The notes beneath the pieces were generated by a model. The model had not been told where the DNA came from and made no database searches. It worked only from the letters and a program-made list of their open reading frames with translations. Source: Flavobacteriaceae bacterium (GTDB lineage Bacteria > Bacteroidota > Bacteroidia > Flavobacteriales > Flavobacteriaceae). Taken from it: a stretch of DNA of 64,000 bases. The DNA lies in contig JAYQME010000002.1 in the NCBI GenBank assembly GCA_038143595.1, positions 151,788 to 215,787 of the forward strand, read 5' to 3'. Shown here in pieces: positions 22,804-33,370 of the stretch (the stretch's first letter is position 1; each line of letters starts with the position of its first letter). The position numbers and the translations under genes are program-made.

Positions 22804-24305
22804 TTATTCATAACCAAAAGTGTTTCTATAACCTTTCGATCATTAGATAAGCGGGGAACCTTATGTTGACCGCCCAATTTGTTTCTGCGTGTTAACCAAT
22901 CGTAAAACAACCGTTTACGCGCTATCTGGATCGTTGGTAAAGACATGGTTAAGTCTTTATATCGTTTAGCCTCATAATCAGAATTTAATTCTTTTAGGCA
23001 TTCATCTAAACGCATAGTGAATCGCGAAAGATCGTCTGGAGGGTTTTGAAATTCAATTAACCATTCATGACTTCCTTGTTTCTCTCCTTCCATAAAAATT
23101 GGTGCTGCAGTATAATCCACCACTTCTAGTTTCATTTCTTTAGCCACAATCTCGATCGCTCTGTCAGCATTTTCTATAACCAGCTCCTCTCCAAAAGTAT
23201 TGATGAAATGCTTTGTTCTCCCAGAAATCTGAATACGATAAGGAGACAAAGAAGTAAACCTTACTACATCCCCTATTTTGTACCTCCACAAACCGCCATT
23301 TGTGGTAATCACTAAATTATAGTTGACGCCAAGCTCAACACTCGCCAAAGGGATAATGGAACTATCGGGTTGACCAAAGGGAATAAACTCATAGAATATA
23401 CCGTAATCTAGCATCAACAATAATTCATCTGAACCATTGAGATCCTGAATAGCAAAAAAGCCTTCAGATGCATTATAAATTTCATAGTACTGTAAGTCAT
23501 GCTGAGCAAATAATTCGTCAAATTGGCTTTTATAGGGACGAAAACTTACTCCCCCATGAAAATACACTTCAATATTAGGCCAAATTCGACTAAGTTCAGC
23601 TTGACCATTTGCTTGCATCAATTTATTAATAAGCACAAGCATCCACGAGGGCACACCAACCAAACTAGTCACATTTTCCTTCGAAGTTTCTTCGATGATC
23701 GAGTTAAGTTTTGCCTCCCATTCAGACATCAAAGAAACTTCTAGGCTGGGTGTTGTATTAATTTCTGCCCAAAGAGGTAGGTTATCGGTAATTATGGCTG
23801 ATAAATCTCCAAAATAACTTTTTTCATTTCTATACAGTTCTTGGCTGCCTCCTAATCGTAAGCTTTTTCCTGTAAAAAGCTGAGCTTCAGGATTATTGTT
23901 AATATATAGAGATAGCATATCTTTCCCCGCTTTATAATGGCAATCTTCTAGGGACTCCACACTAACCGGGATAAACTTACTTTTAGCGTGTGTTGTCCCA
24001 CTAGATTTAGCATACCACTTTATTGGCGTAGGCCAAAAAATATTGTCTTCCCCATTTCGACTATCTTTTATATCCCCTGCGATGTCCTCGTACGTAATAA
24101 TGGGAACGCGTTGATTAAATTGCTCATAGGTACGAATAGAATTAAAATCGTATTGATAACCCACTTTTGTTTTTTTAGCATATGAAATTAAATCCTGAAG
24201 GACTTCCTGCTGAACCTCTAATGGATACTTAAGAAAGAGCTCTATTTGATGGATTCTTTTTTTTAAAAACCAAGAAGCAATGGAGTTGAATAAGGGGAAA
24301 GCCAT
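22800..24305 (-). CDS. GH3 auxin-responsive promoter family acyl-adenylate enzyme
   Basis: AKSSGTT, YNASEG, WRYKIGD and GGQHKVPRL motifs. Confidence 0.9.
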   Translation of the reverse strand: MAFPLFNSIASWFLKKRIHQIELFLKYPLEVQQEVLQDLISYAKKTKVGYQYDFNSIRTYEQFNQRVPIITYEDIAGDIKDSRNGEDNIFWPTPIKWYAKSSGTTHAKSKFIPVSVESLEDCHYKAGKDMLSLYINNNPEAQLFTGKSLRLGGSQELYRNEKSYFGDLSAIITDNLPLWAEINTTPSLEVSLMSEWEAKLNSIIEETSKENVTSLVGVPSWMLVLINKLMQANGQAELSRIWPNIEVYFHGGVSFRPYKSQFDELFAQHDLQYYEIYNASEGFFAIQDLNGSDELLLMLDYGIFYEFIPFGQPDSSIIPLASVELGVNYNLVITTNGGLWRYKIGDVVRFTSLSPYRIQISGRTKHFINTFGEELVIENADRAIEIVAKEMKLEVVDYTAAPIFMEGEKQGSHEWLIEFQNPPDDLSRFTMRLDECLKELNSDYEAKRYKDLTMSLPTIQIARKRLFYDWLTRRNKLGGQHKVPRLSNDRKVIETLLVMNN

Positions 24306-24347
24306 ATAATCTTTATCTTTAGCATAAATTTAATCCTTTCCGCCGAT

Positions 24348-25142
24348 ATGTTTTCAGGAGTTCTCAAAAAAATGCCTACCGAATTAAATCAAGACCTAAA
24401 TTATTATCTTTTGCTTTCCCAACAGTTATTGGTTATGAATCAATGCCTTGGTAAAACCATTCAACTCACATTTAAGGGTTATGAATGTTTGAATTGTAAA
24501 AATACAAATCCTATATTTCGCCAAGGTTTTTGTAAAAAGTGTTTTTTCGAAAGCCCTCAGGCAGGTGATTGGATTATGCGCCCAGAATTAAGTACTGCTC
24601 ATCTTGATATTGAGGATAGAGATTTAGACTATGAGAAGAAAGTACAGTTACAGCCCCATATAGTTTACTTAGCCTTATCTAGCCATATAAAAGTAGGAAT
24701 TACAAGAAAAAAACAACTTCCTACCAGATGGATAGACCAAGGAGCAAAACAAGCCATTACTATTTTAGAAGTACCCAATCGTTATTTAGCAGGGGTGGGT
24801 GAAGTAGCGCTAAAGCGTATATTTTCTGACAAAACAAATTGGCGTAAAATGTTACAGCTAAAAGAAACCCCAGACATTAACTGGGAAGAGGAACGCAACA
24901 AAGCAATTGATGCGCTTCCTAATGATTTAAAGCCTTACCTTGTTCAATCCCCTGAAGTATGTACCCTACCTTATCCAGTAGATAGATTTCCAGAAAAAGT
25001 AAAAAGTCTAAATCTTGTTAAAACGGAGAACTATACTGGCGTACTTAAAGGAATTAAAGGGCAATACCTCATTTTTGAAGATGATACAGTCTTTAATGTA
25101 AGAAGCAATGAAGGATTAGTAGTCGATATTGCACTTAGTTAA
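24348..25142 (+). CDS. DUF2797 domain protein
   Basis: Two CxxC pairs, PHIVYLA, KVGIT, TRWIDQGA and GIKGQYL motifs. Confidence 0.85.
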   Translation: MFSGVLKKMPTELNQDLNYYLLLSQQLLVMNQCLGKTIQLTFKGYECLNCKNTNPIFRQGFCKKCFFESPQAGDWIMRPELSTAHLDIEDRDLDYEKKVQLQPHIVYLALSSHIKVGITRKKQLPTRWIDQGAKQAITILEVPNRYLAGVGEVALKRIFSDKTNWRKMLQLKETPDINWEEERNKAIDALPNDLKPYLVQSPEVCTLPYPVDRFPEKVKSLNLVKTENYTGVLKGIKGQYLIFEDDTVFNVRSNEGLVVDIALS

Positions 25143-25873
25143 CCTGTATGTGTTTTAGAAGAATCGGCAACTAACTTTCTGATTTGACTCATCTCTTCGG
25201 AGGTTAGATGGCGCCATTTTCCTATTGGAACATCTAGATTTACGTTCATAATACGGGTGCGCTTAAGGGTAACCACACGGTATTCTAGGTACTCACACAT
25301 TCTTCTGATTTGCCTATTTAATCCTTGAGTTAACACAATTTTAAACTCCTTTTTATGGGTCTGCTTTACTTTACATGGGCGGGTTACAGTATCTAAAATG
25401 GGAATCCCCTGGCTCATTCTATCAATAAAATCTTGTGTAATGGGTTTATTCACCGTAACCACATATTCTTTTTCGTGATGATTTCTAGCTCTTAAAATTT
25501 TATTGACAATATCTCCATCGTTGGTCAAAAAAATAAGTCCCTCCGAGGGTTTATCTAAACGGCCAATAGGAAAGATCCTCGTAGGGAAATTAATGTAATC
25601 GATAATATTGTCTTTTTCAACTCTTGTATCTGTTGTACATACGATTCCAACAGGCTTGTTAAATGCGATATAAATAGATTTTTCCGAAGATTTTTCAACG
25701 GGAATACCATCCACAGCGATAAGATCTTTAGCCGTTACCTTTAATCCCATAACAACATCCTTACCATTTACGGTAATTCTACCCTGTTCAATTAATTTAT
25801 CTGCAGCACGTCTAGAGCAATATCCTATTTCACTCAGGTATTTGTTAATTCGAATCGGTGGATTATCTATCAT
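25139..25873 (-). CDS. rluF: 23S rRNA pseudouridine synthase, RluF-like
   Basis: S4 domain CSRRAAD, GRLDKPSEG and QGLNRQIRRM motifs. Confidence 0.85.
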   Translation of the reverse strand: MIDNPPIRINKYLSEIGYCSRRAADKLIEQGRITVNGKDVVMGLKVTAKDLIAVDGIPVEKSSEKSIYIAFNKPVGIVCTTDTRVEKDNIIDYINFPTRIFPIGRLDKPSEGLIFLTNDGDIVNKILRARNHHEKEYVVTVNKPITQDFIDRMSQGIPILDTVTRPCKVKQTHKKEFKIVLTQGLNRQIRRMCEYLEYRVVTLKRTRIMNVNLDVPIGKWRHLTSEEMSQIRKLVADSSKTHTG

Positions 25874-25874
25874 T

Positions 25875-26579
25875 TTAATCTAATTGAATTTCTTGATCGA
25901 CCGATAAATTAAAACGCTTTCGGAACATGCCTACAAATAAATACAAAAAAGGGGTATCTATGGCTGCAATAAATACTTTAAATGTAATACTAGAGAGGGT
26001 GAGCCCCCAAAAAAGGTTCCAAGGGAGTACATTAAAAGCACACAGTAACAAAATGACCGTAGCAGAGTCGATTATTTGGGAAGAAAAAGTTGAAAAATTA
26101 TTTCTAAGCCATAAGTGTCTCCCTTCGGTTAATTTTTTCCAAAAATGATAAACTCTAATATCTATAAATTGAGCGATTAAATAGGCCATCATAGAAGCTA
26201 GCACTGCTAAAGGAGAAAGAGAAAAAACCTGAGTAAAGGTCTCACTATTTACAGGAGAGCTAGGAATCGCCGGTAGGGCTCCTGCTACCAATAAAATACC
26301 TATGGAAAAAAAAGAAGCAAAAATCCCGGCAACCACGACTTCGTTGGCTCTCTTTTGGCCATAAATTTCAGAAATCAAATCAGTAATTAAAAAGGTAATT
26401 GGATAGGGTAAAATACCTACAGATAACTCAAATAGACGAATACCAAAAATAGAAATATTAGCAGGGTACCAATAAAAGAACTTTTGAAAGATTAAATTGG
26501 ACACCACCAAAGAGGTTATAAACAAGGCCGCCAAATAAAGATAAATCTTTTGAGCTAATGCTTTATCCTTTGCGTTCAT
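25875..26579 (-). CDS. Queuosine precursor transporter (YhhQ/VUT family)
   Basis: YPITFLITDLISEIYG and LWLRNNFST motifs. Confidence 0.88.
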   Translation of the reverse strand: MNAKDKALAQKIYLYLAALFITSLVVSNLIFQKFFYWYPANISIFGIRLFELSVGILPYPITFLITDLISEIYGQKRANEVVVAGIFASFFSIGILLVAGALPAIPSSPVNSETFTQVFSLSPLAVLASMMAYLIAQFIDIRVYHFWKKLTEGRHLWLRNNFSTFSSQIIDSATVILLLCAFNVLPWNLFWGLTLSSITFKVFIAAIDTPFLYLFVGMFRKRFNLSVDQEIQLD

Positions 26580-26591
26580 AGCTAGAATACA

Positions 26592-28360
26592 TTACTTGAT
26601 TTTTATAGCATAAGGTAACCGAATTTCTATATTCGGTTGCTGGGTGTCTTCTTTCAGGCTGGTCATAAAAGACCTTACTTCCTCGGGATAAGTCGCTAAT
26701 AATGGATTTTCCATTTTAGAAAAGGGAGACATTGGGGACAAGAAATCACCAATTTCTGGTTCAATCTTTGGATAAGAAATTAAATTATATTCCTGAATTT
26801 CTGCTAGGCGAGCCGCTGCTGCGAGCGCTTCGTCCATCCCTCCTAAACCGTCGATTAAGCCATTTGCTAAAGCTTGTTGTCCACTCCACACTCGTCCTTG
26901 AGCCAATTTCTCTACTTCCTCAAGTGACATTCCTCGGCTATCTGCAACCCGTTGTTTAAAGGTGGAATATACATGCTCAATACCTTCTTTAATACTATTT
27001 CTAAATTCCTTATTAGGTGCTTCGTAAATACTAAATCCTAATGCATTTTCGTGGGTTTGTACATGCTGAGCATTAATCCCTATGGACTCTGTAAAACCTT
27101 TAATATTGGGTACGGTAGCAAAAACACCAATCGACCCGGTGATTGTTAAATCATTTGCATAGATTTCATCTCCAGCTGCAGCTAAATAATAACCGCCAGA
27201 GGCTGCTACATTCCCCATAGAAACCACAAGTGGCTTTTCCTTTTTAGCTTCCATTAACGCATTCCAAATAATATCTGAGGTTAATGCACTACCCCCGGAG
27301 AATCTACACGAAGTACAATCGCTTTCACTCTCCTACTATTAACTGCTTCCTCAATGGCATCCAAGAACACCTCTTGACCAATAAAGTTTTCACTTCCTTC
27401 CCCATAAATCACTGGCCCTTGAGCGTAGATTACAGCAATACGTTCTCGCACACCTTTTTTATATAATCCACCCTTGCCTGTTAACTGGGCTATAGATGCT
27501 CTTCGAACACGCCGGTCATTTTCTAACGATAAGGCTGCTCTTAATTTATTCTCATAATTACTTTCATAAATGACCTCATCAATCAATTCATGTGACAAAG
27601 CGGAATTTGGCTGCGTGGCTGATAAATTATTAGCCACCTCATTTAAAACTTCGGTAGTTAGTTGACGTGATTCAGCAATTTCTGTACTTACTGTTTCCCA
27701 AACCGAATTTAATAAGGAGGATATTTGCGTCCGATTGGCCTCACTCATTTCATTTTCTAGATAGGGCTCTACCGCACTTTTGTATTTTCCGTGACGTACT
27801 ACTTCCATTTTAAAACCGTATTCTTCCTGAAAATCTTTATAATACAACACTTCTGCAGCGAGTCCTTTAAACTCCATTCCTCCCATAGGATTCAGAAAAA
27901 TAGAATCAGAAACAGAGGCCATGTAATACCCCTTTTGAGAAAAGTAATCGCCATAGGTATAAATAAATTTCCCTGTTTCTTTAAATGCCTTTAGTTCTTT
28001 TCGAAGGGTTTGTGCTTGAGACCAGCCCATTGCAGGAAACTGGCTTTTTAGGTCAATCCCTTTGATGTTGTCATTGGTCGCAGCATTTCTAATGGCAGCT
28101 ACAACCTCATAAAATTTAAGTACTTCTTCTCCCAAACCCAATGCCGTCTCAAACTCTTGCGTCACACCAATATTATCAAAAACAGGAATATCTAAATCTA
28201 GCTTTAGTAGGCTGTTTTCACTAATTTCTACTGGGGTAGCCTCTTCTGCAGAGATTACCGAAGCAATACTGGCAATACTGACAAAAAACAACACTCCAAT
28301 CACCATCAATGCGACAACGGTTCCAAGTACAGAGGCCAAAAAGCTTTTAAAAAAATTCAT
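26592..28360 (-). CDS. sppA: Signal peptide peptidase SppA (67K type), frameshifted near 27292-27296
   Basis: GKYKSAVEP and AASGGYY motifs. One added base restores the conserved RVDSPGGSALTSD and joins ORFs 27281-28360 and 26592-27254. Confidence 0.93.
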
Positions 28361-28530
28361 CTTATTTAAGGATTTATAGTTTCATTCTATTAGGCGATAA
28401 AAATAAGGTTTTGTTACATATTCCTAGGTCTTTCTTCCTATGAAAATTAGGGAGATAGACAGAAATCAATAGCTAGGGTGCCGTATTTCCCAAGCAAGAA
28501 TTCCTACTTTTACAAAATCAAAAAAGGCTC

Positions 28531-29617
28531 ATGGTTTATATTTCTTTAGGTAGTAATGTAGGAGATAGGGAAATGTATCTGCGACTTGCCGTTGGACTTA
28601 TAGCCTACCGAATTGGAAAAATAAAAAAACTTGCCCCTGTCGTTGAAACACCTTCTTGGGGATTTGAGAGCAGTCCTTTTCTAAATACCTGCTTAGCCAT
28701 AGAAACTTCTTATGACCCTAGGGAAATATTGAACCAACTTTTGGAAATTGAAACTTATTTAGGAAGAAACAGGGCTTTGAAAAATGGATATCAAGCAAGA
28801 ACCATTGACCTAGATATTCTTTTTTATGATACGCTAGAAATAAATACAACTGCACTTACACTACCTCATCCTAGACTTGAATTACGTCAATTTGTACTTA
28901 CCCCCTAGCGGAAATTGCCCCCAATTTATACATCCTGTTTTAAACAAGTCGATTAAAACGCTTAAAGCCAATTGTGCAGACACAAGTGAAGTTACCCTAT
29001 ACCCCACTAGTTTAAGTGTACCCCAAAAAAAAACTTTTATAGCAATAGAAGGAAATATAGGGGTCGGAAAAACATCTTTCGCCCATGCATTAAACAAAGT
29101 CTTAAGGGGGGAATTATTGCTAGAAAATTTTATTGACAATCCGTATTTAGAGAAATTTTATGAAGATCCTAAACAATATGCTCTTTTAGTAGAAAAAGCC
29201 TTTTTAGAAGAAAGGGTTAAGCAGTATCACACTTATTTTAACTCCTCTACCACTTCCCTGATTATAAGTGATTATCATTTACACAAGTCACTTCTATTTG
29301 CAGAAAAAAACCTGACTACTTCAGATTTTAAGGAGTACCAATTGCTTTATTCTTCACAAACAAGTGAATGCCGAAAACCGGATTTATTAGTCTATTTGAC
29401 ACAATCGCTTCCGCAATTAAAACAAAACATCCTCCAACGAGGAAGGGGCTATGAACAAAGCATTGATCTGCCCTATTTAAACAAAATCGAAGAAGCTTAT
29501 GAGGATTGGAAACAATCGTCAGAACTAAATGTAACAAAACTTAATCTCAAGGGAGTCGACTTCCTAAAACAACCCAAAGATTTTTTACCCTTACTTGCTG
29601 CGCTATTTTCTGCTTAG
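28531..29617 (+). CDS. folK: FolK (HPPK)-deoxynucleoside kinase fusion, frameshifted at about 28901-28922
   Basis: SLGSN, RTIDLDILF and LPHPRL followed by IAIEGNIGVGKTS and RGRGYEQ. Two added bases restore LTPLAEIAPQFIHP. Confidence 0.88.
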
Positions 29618-30142
29618 CTTCTGATAAAAATCCCAACAAATCACCCCTGTGGTTACAGAGATGTTAAGAGAATGCTTGGTCCCCTCTTGTGGAATTTCAA
29701 TAACTTTTCTTGCAGCATTAATAACGGACTGCTGCACACCTTTAATTTCATTCCCTAAAACAAAAGCTGTTTTACCCTTTTGTTGTGGTGTGTAATTTTG
29801 AAGAAAAGTAGCATTTTCTGCTTGTTCAATCGCCCAAACTTCTACCCCAGACTTAACCAATTTTTTAACCAATTCAACCGGGTCTTCTACATACTCCCAC
29901 TCAACCGATTCCGTAGCGCCCAGCGCTGTTTTTTGGATATCTTTATGGGGAGGGGTTGCTGTAATTCCACAGAGGTAAACTTTTTCTACAAGGAATGCAT
30001 CTGCGGTACGAAAAACAGAGCCGATGTTATTTAGACTGCGAATATTATCCAAAATTAATATTAATGGGGTTTTCTGAACTTCCTTAAATTCATTTAAGGT
30101 TTTTCGGTTCAACTCACTATTTTTTAATTTTCGATTCTGCAT
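29603..30142 (-). CDS. SpoU/TrmH family RNA methyltransferase
   Basis: DNIRSLNNIGSVFRT, GNEIKG and HSLNIS motifs. Confidence 0.9.
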   Translation of the reverse strand: MQNRKLKNSELNRKTLNEFKEVQKTPLILILDNIRSLNNIGSVFRTADAFLVEKVYLCGITATPPHKDIQKTALGATESVEWEYVEDPVELVKKLVKSGVEVWAIEQAENATFLQNYTPQQKGKTAFVLGNEIKGVQQSVINAARKVIEIPQEGTKHSLNISVTTGVICWDFYQKLSRK

Positions 30143-30241
30143 GGTATAAATTAAGAAAGGATAGATCGTAATTTTTAATCAAATTTTTAAGGAAGAAAAT
30201 GAAGATGGTTTATATTCGCATGAACACCTAAATAAATTCCT

Positions 30242-32265
30242 TTGGCAAAGAAAGCAAAAGAAACTCCTTTAATGAAACAATATAATCAAATCAAGGCGAA
30301 ATATCCTGATGCGATGCTATTGTTTAGGTGGGAGATTTTTATGAAACCTTTGGTGCAGATGCGGTAAAAGCAGCTAAGATTTTAGGAATTATTCAGACCA
30401 AAAGAGGGGCAGGAAGCACCAGTGAAACTGAACTTGCCGGCTTTCCGCATCACGCTCTTAATACCTATTTACCCAAATTGGTTAAATCGGGGTGTCGGGT
30501 AGCGATTTGCGATCAGCTAGAGGATCCAAAAATGACTAAAACCATCGTTAAGCGTGGGGTTACCGAATTAGTTACCCCTGGCGTAGCCTTAAATGACGAT
30601 GTATTAGAACAGAAAAAAAACAATTATCTAGCTGCCCTTACACGTGGTAAAAAACAATGGGGGATCGCTTTTTTAGACATATCCACCGGAGACTTTATGG
30701 TCAGTGAAGGAAACTTAGCCCATACAAGTCAGCTAATCGAAAAATTTCAGCCGGCAGAAGTATTGGTCCCAAAACCCTTAAAAGGCACCTTCCAAGAACA
30801 TTTTGGAAACGTTGTTAACCCTTTTTATCAAGAAGATTGGGTTTTTCAGTTTCCGTTTGCAGAGACCAGTTTAACCCAACATTTTAAGGTAAAAACCCTA
30901 AAAGGATTTGGAATAGAACATTATCAAGAAGGTATTATTGCTGCTGGGGCTATTCTACATTATTTGTCAGAAACCCAACACAAACAACTTCAGCACATCA
31001 ATACCCTTCATAAAATATCGAGTGATGACTATGTGGGGATTGATCGATTTACAGCCAGTAATTTAGAATTGCTTTACACACACTCCATAGGAGGGATTTC
31101 ACTAATCGATGTAATTGATTATACCGCTACTGCCATGGGAGGAAGACTTCTTCGAAATTGGGTCAGTTTTCCATTGAAAGACAAACAGAAGCTACTGGCA
31201 AGACAAGTTATAATTCAAGCTTTTTTAGAAGACGAAGACACCAAAGACCATAGCTATACCCACTTAAAAAAAACAGGGGATATAGAGCGCTTAATGGCCA
31301 AAATTGCCACGCAAAAAATTAGCCCTAGAGAGTTAATCGTACTTCGTAATTCACTTAGAGAAGTTCATAACCTAAAGGAGGTATTACACCACAGCCAAGA
31401 ACCTGAACTGCAAAAATACGCACAACAAATTCCCCCTTGTAGCGCTCTAAGAGACCTCATTTCTAATACACTTAAAGACGAAGCACCGGTATCGATTAGT
31501 AAAGGAAACTTTATCGCAGAAAACTACTCTTCTGACTTAGATGAGCTTAGAAAGCTTCGCCATTCTGGTCAAGAGCATTTAGACGGCATGCTAGAAAGGG
31601 AAACCTCTGCTACTGGAATTCCTTCTCTCAAAATTGCCTTTAACAATGTATTTGGCTACTATATAGAGGTCAGAAATACGCACCGCGACAAAGTACCCGA
31701 AGCATGGACACGCAAACAAACCTTGGTCAATGCGGAGCGATACATCACAGAAGAACTCAAAGAATACGAATCCAAAATTTTAGGTGCTGAAGAAAAGATT
31801 CAGCAGCTAGAACTTAATATATACCAGCAACTTCTTCAGTCGCTACAACAAGAGCTAGGCGAGCTAAAACAAACTGCTATCGCCATTGCACAAATAGATA
31901 ACTTGTTAGGCTTTGCACAATTAGCCCAAAAACACAACTATCACTGTCCAACCTTTACAGAGGAGGCCGATTTAAAAATCACTCAGGGAAGGCACCCTGT
32001 AATAGAACAGCAACTGCCCGCAGGAGAAGCTTATATTGCCAATGATTTGTTGCTAAATCGATCTGAACAACAAATCATTATGATTACTGGGCCAAATATG
32101 TCCGGAAAATCTGCTATCCTTCGACAAACAGCGCTGATTGTTATTCTTGCTCAGATTGGGAGTTATGTCCCTGCATCGGCCGTAAGTATGGGAATCGTAG
32201 ACCATATTTTTACCCGTGTTGGCGCTAGTGATAATATTTCTTTAGGAGAAGTAGAGCATCGTTGA
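30242..32265 (+). pseudogene. mutS: DNA mismatch repair protein MutS, frameshifted near 30327 and 3'-truncated after SDNISLGE
   Basis: The TTG at 30242 gives AKKAKETPLMKQY...LLFR, then VGDFYE in the next frame. Walker A GPNMSGKS is present; STFMVEM, Walker B and the C-terminus are absent. Confidence 0.9.
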
Positions 32266-32329
32266 TTTCAAAAAAAATGTGGGGGGGACCTTAGGTGAGG
32301 GTCGCGGGTTCAAATCCCGTCTTTCGCTC
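32251..32329 (+). pseudogene. Disrupted tRNA-Gly (probably GCC) remnant
   Basis: GTAGAGCATC, a 27-nt insert, then ACCTT-AGGTGAGGGTCGCGGGTTCAAATCCCGTCTTTCGCT. The 5' acceptor strand and the anticodon are missing, so identity is inferred from the 3' half. Confidence 0.7.
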
Positions 32330-32342
32330 TGAAAAAGACTAT

Positions 32343-32428
32343 GCTCGAGTGGTGGAATTGGTAGACACGTTGGACTTAAAATCCAATGAACAGTAATGTT
32401 CGTGCGGGTTCAAGTCCCGCCTCGAGTA
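32343..32428 (+). tRNA. tRNA-Leu (TAA)
   Basis: GCTCGAG/CTCGAGT acceptor stem, TTGGA-CT-TAA-AA-TCCAA anticodon arm, variable arm and GGTTCAAGTCC. Confidence 0.96.
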
Positions 32429-32430
32429 CT

Positions 32431-32470
32431 AAACGGGAGACATTAGAAATTTTGTCTCCTGTTTTATTTT
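32431..32470 (+). terminator. Intrinsic terminator after tRNA-Leu
   Basis: AAACGGGAGACA...TGTCTCCTGTTT hairpin followed by a T-rich tract. Confidence 0.65.
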
Positions 32471-32558
32471 CAAAATGTAAGTAATTTATTTTAAAGAATT
32501 TTATTTATTATTTAGATATATATATCGATCAAATATTAACTGAGAAAGCGAATAAAAA

Positions 32559-33002
32559 GTGAATAAAAGAAAGATACTTTTTTATAGCACTATGATTTTG
32601 ACTTTAAGTGTAATTATACTTTTGGTTACTGGATCTCCTTTACTAACGATAGCATTCGATAGTGACAGCAAAATTCCATCAGGAACCCTAATAACTTGGA
32701 TTGGAATGATTTCATTACCATTAACGATTTATTGGGGAATAGAAGAGTTGAGAAAGCCATCGAGCAAACTGAACAGATTCCTATCTGGATTCCTAAAGTT
32801 CATTATTGTGTTAGGAATTCTTTGGGTCCCTATATCTTATTTGCTTGCAGGTAATCTTTCATTCTCATTTTCAGAAAAAGAGACTTTTCAAGGCGGACAA
32901 TATGCAATGAGATGGTTTTGGCGTTTGAGTTATGGAATAGGAATCGGATCTATTCTGACACTAGTAATTTATTGGATTGCAAGCTTCATCAAGAAAAACT
33001 AA
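32559..33002 (+). CDS. Hypothetical 4-TM membrane protein
   Basis: 147-aa ORF with four hydrophobic segments. Confidence 0.7.
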   Translation: MNKRKILFYSTMILTLSVIILLVTGSPLLTIAFDSDSKIPSGTLITWIGMISLPLTIYWGIEELRKPSSKLNRFLSGFLKFIIVLGILWVPISYLLAGNLSFSFSEKETFQGGQYAMRWFWRLSYGIGIGSILTLVIYWIASFIKKN

Positions 33003-33024
33003 ACCATAGGCATATATTCTTCTT

Positions 33025-33267
33025 TTAATTCCAATCTAAAGGTTCATTAGTTTTATGAGATATGCTATTAACCTTAGGTAATACATAGGGCATTAACTTA
33101 ATTATTAATTCAATTCTTTGTTTGGGTTCTAATAAGCTAAATCTTTCTTGTACTTCTTCTAACTCTTGGTACATAATATCTTTCAATAAAACTCTTAATT
33201 CTTTTGTCATTCTATTGGGTGTTCCTTTCTGTCTTCCTCCATATTTTTTACCTGTTGTATTTGCCAT
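33025..33267 (-). CDS. Small phage/mobile-element-type protein (GGRxKGTPN motif, terminase small subunit-like)
   Basis: MANTTGKKYGGRQKGTPNRMTKELR N-terminus followed by a helical body. Confidence 0.6.
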   Translation of the reverse strand: MANTTGKKYGGRQKGTPNRMTKELRVLLKDIMYQELEEVQERFSLLEPKQRIELIIKLMPYVLPKVNSISHKTNEPLDWN

Positions 33268-33370
33268 ACTATTTAATACTATTATAGTTTAATGTCCTTA
33301 TGGTAGTATTAGATTATTGCTACTTTCAGGTTTAATATGGGGTAATCCATTATGATCAGCAATACCTTCG

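Noticed and set aside
22800-25142. Plant-like GH3 gene divergent from DUF2797
   Set aside because: GH3-family proteins are widespread in Bacteroidota, so this is not evidence of eukaryotic transfer.
28531-29617. Programmed frameshift between FolK and the nucleoside kinase
   Set aside because: The fusion is known in Flavobacteria, and the break needs two homopolymer corrections inside the HPPK C-terminal motif, which fits error or mutation better.
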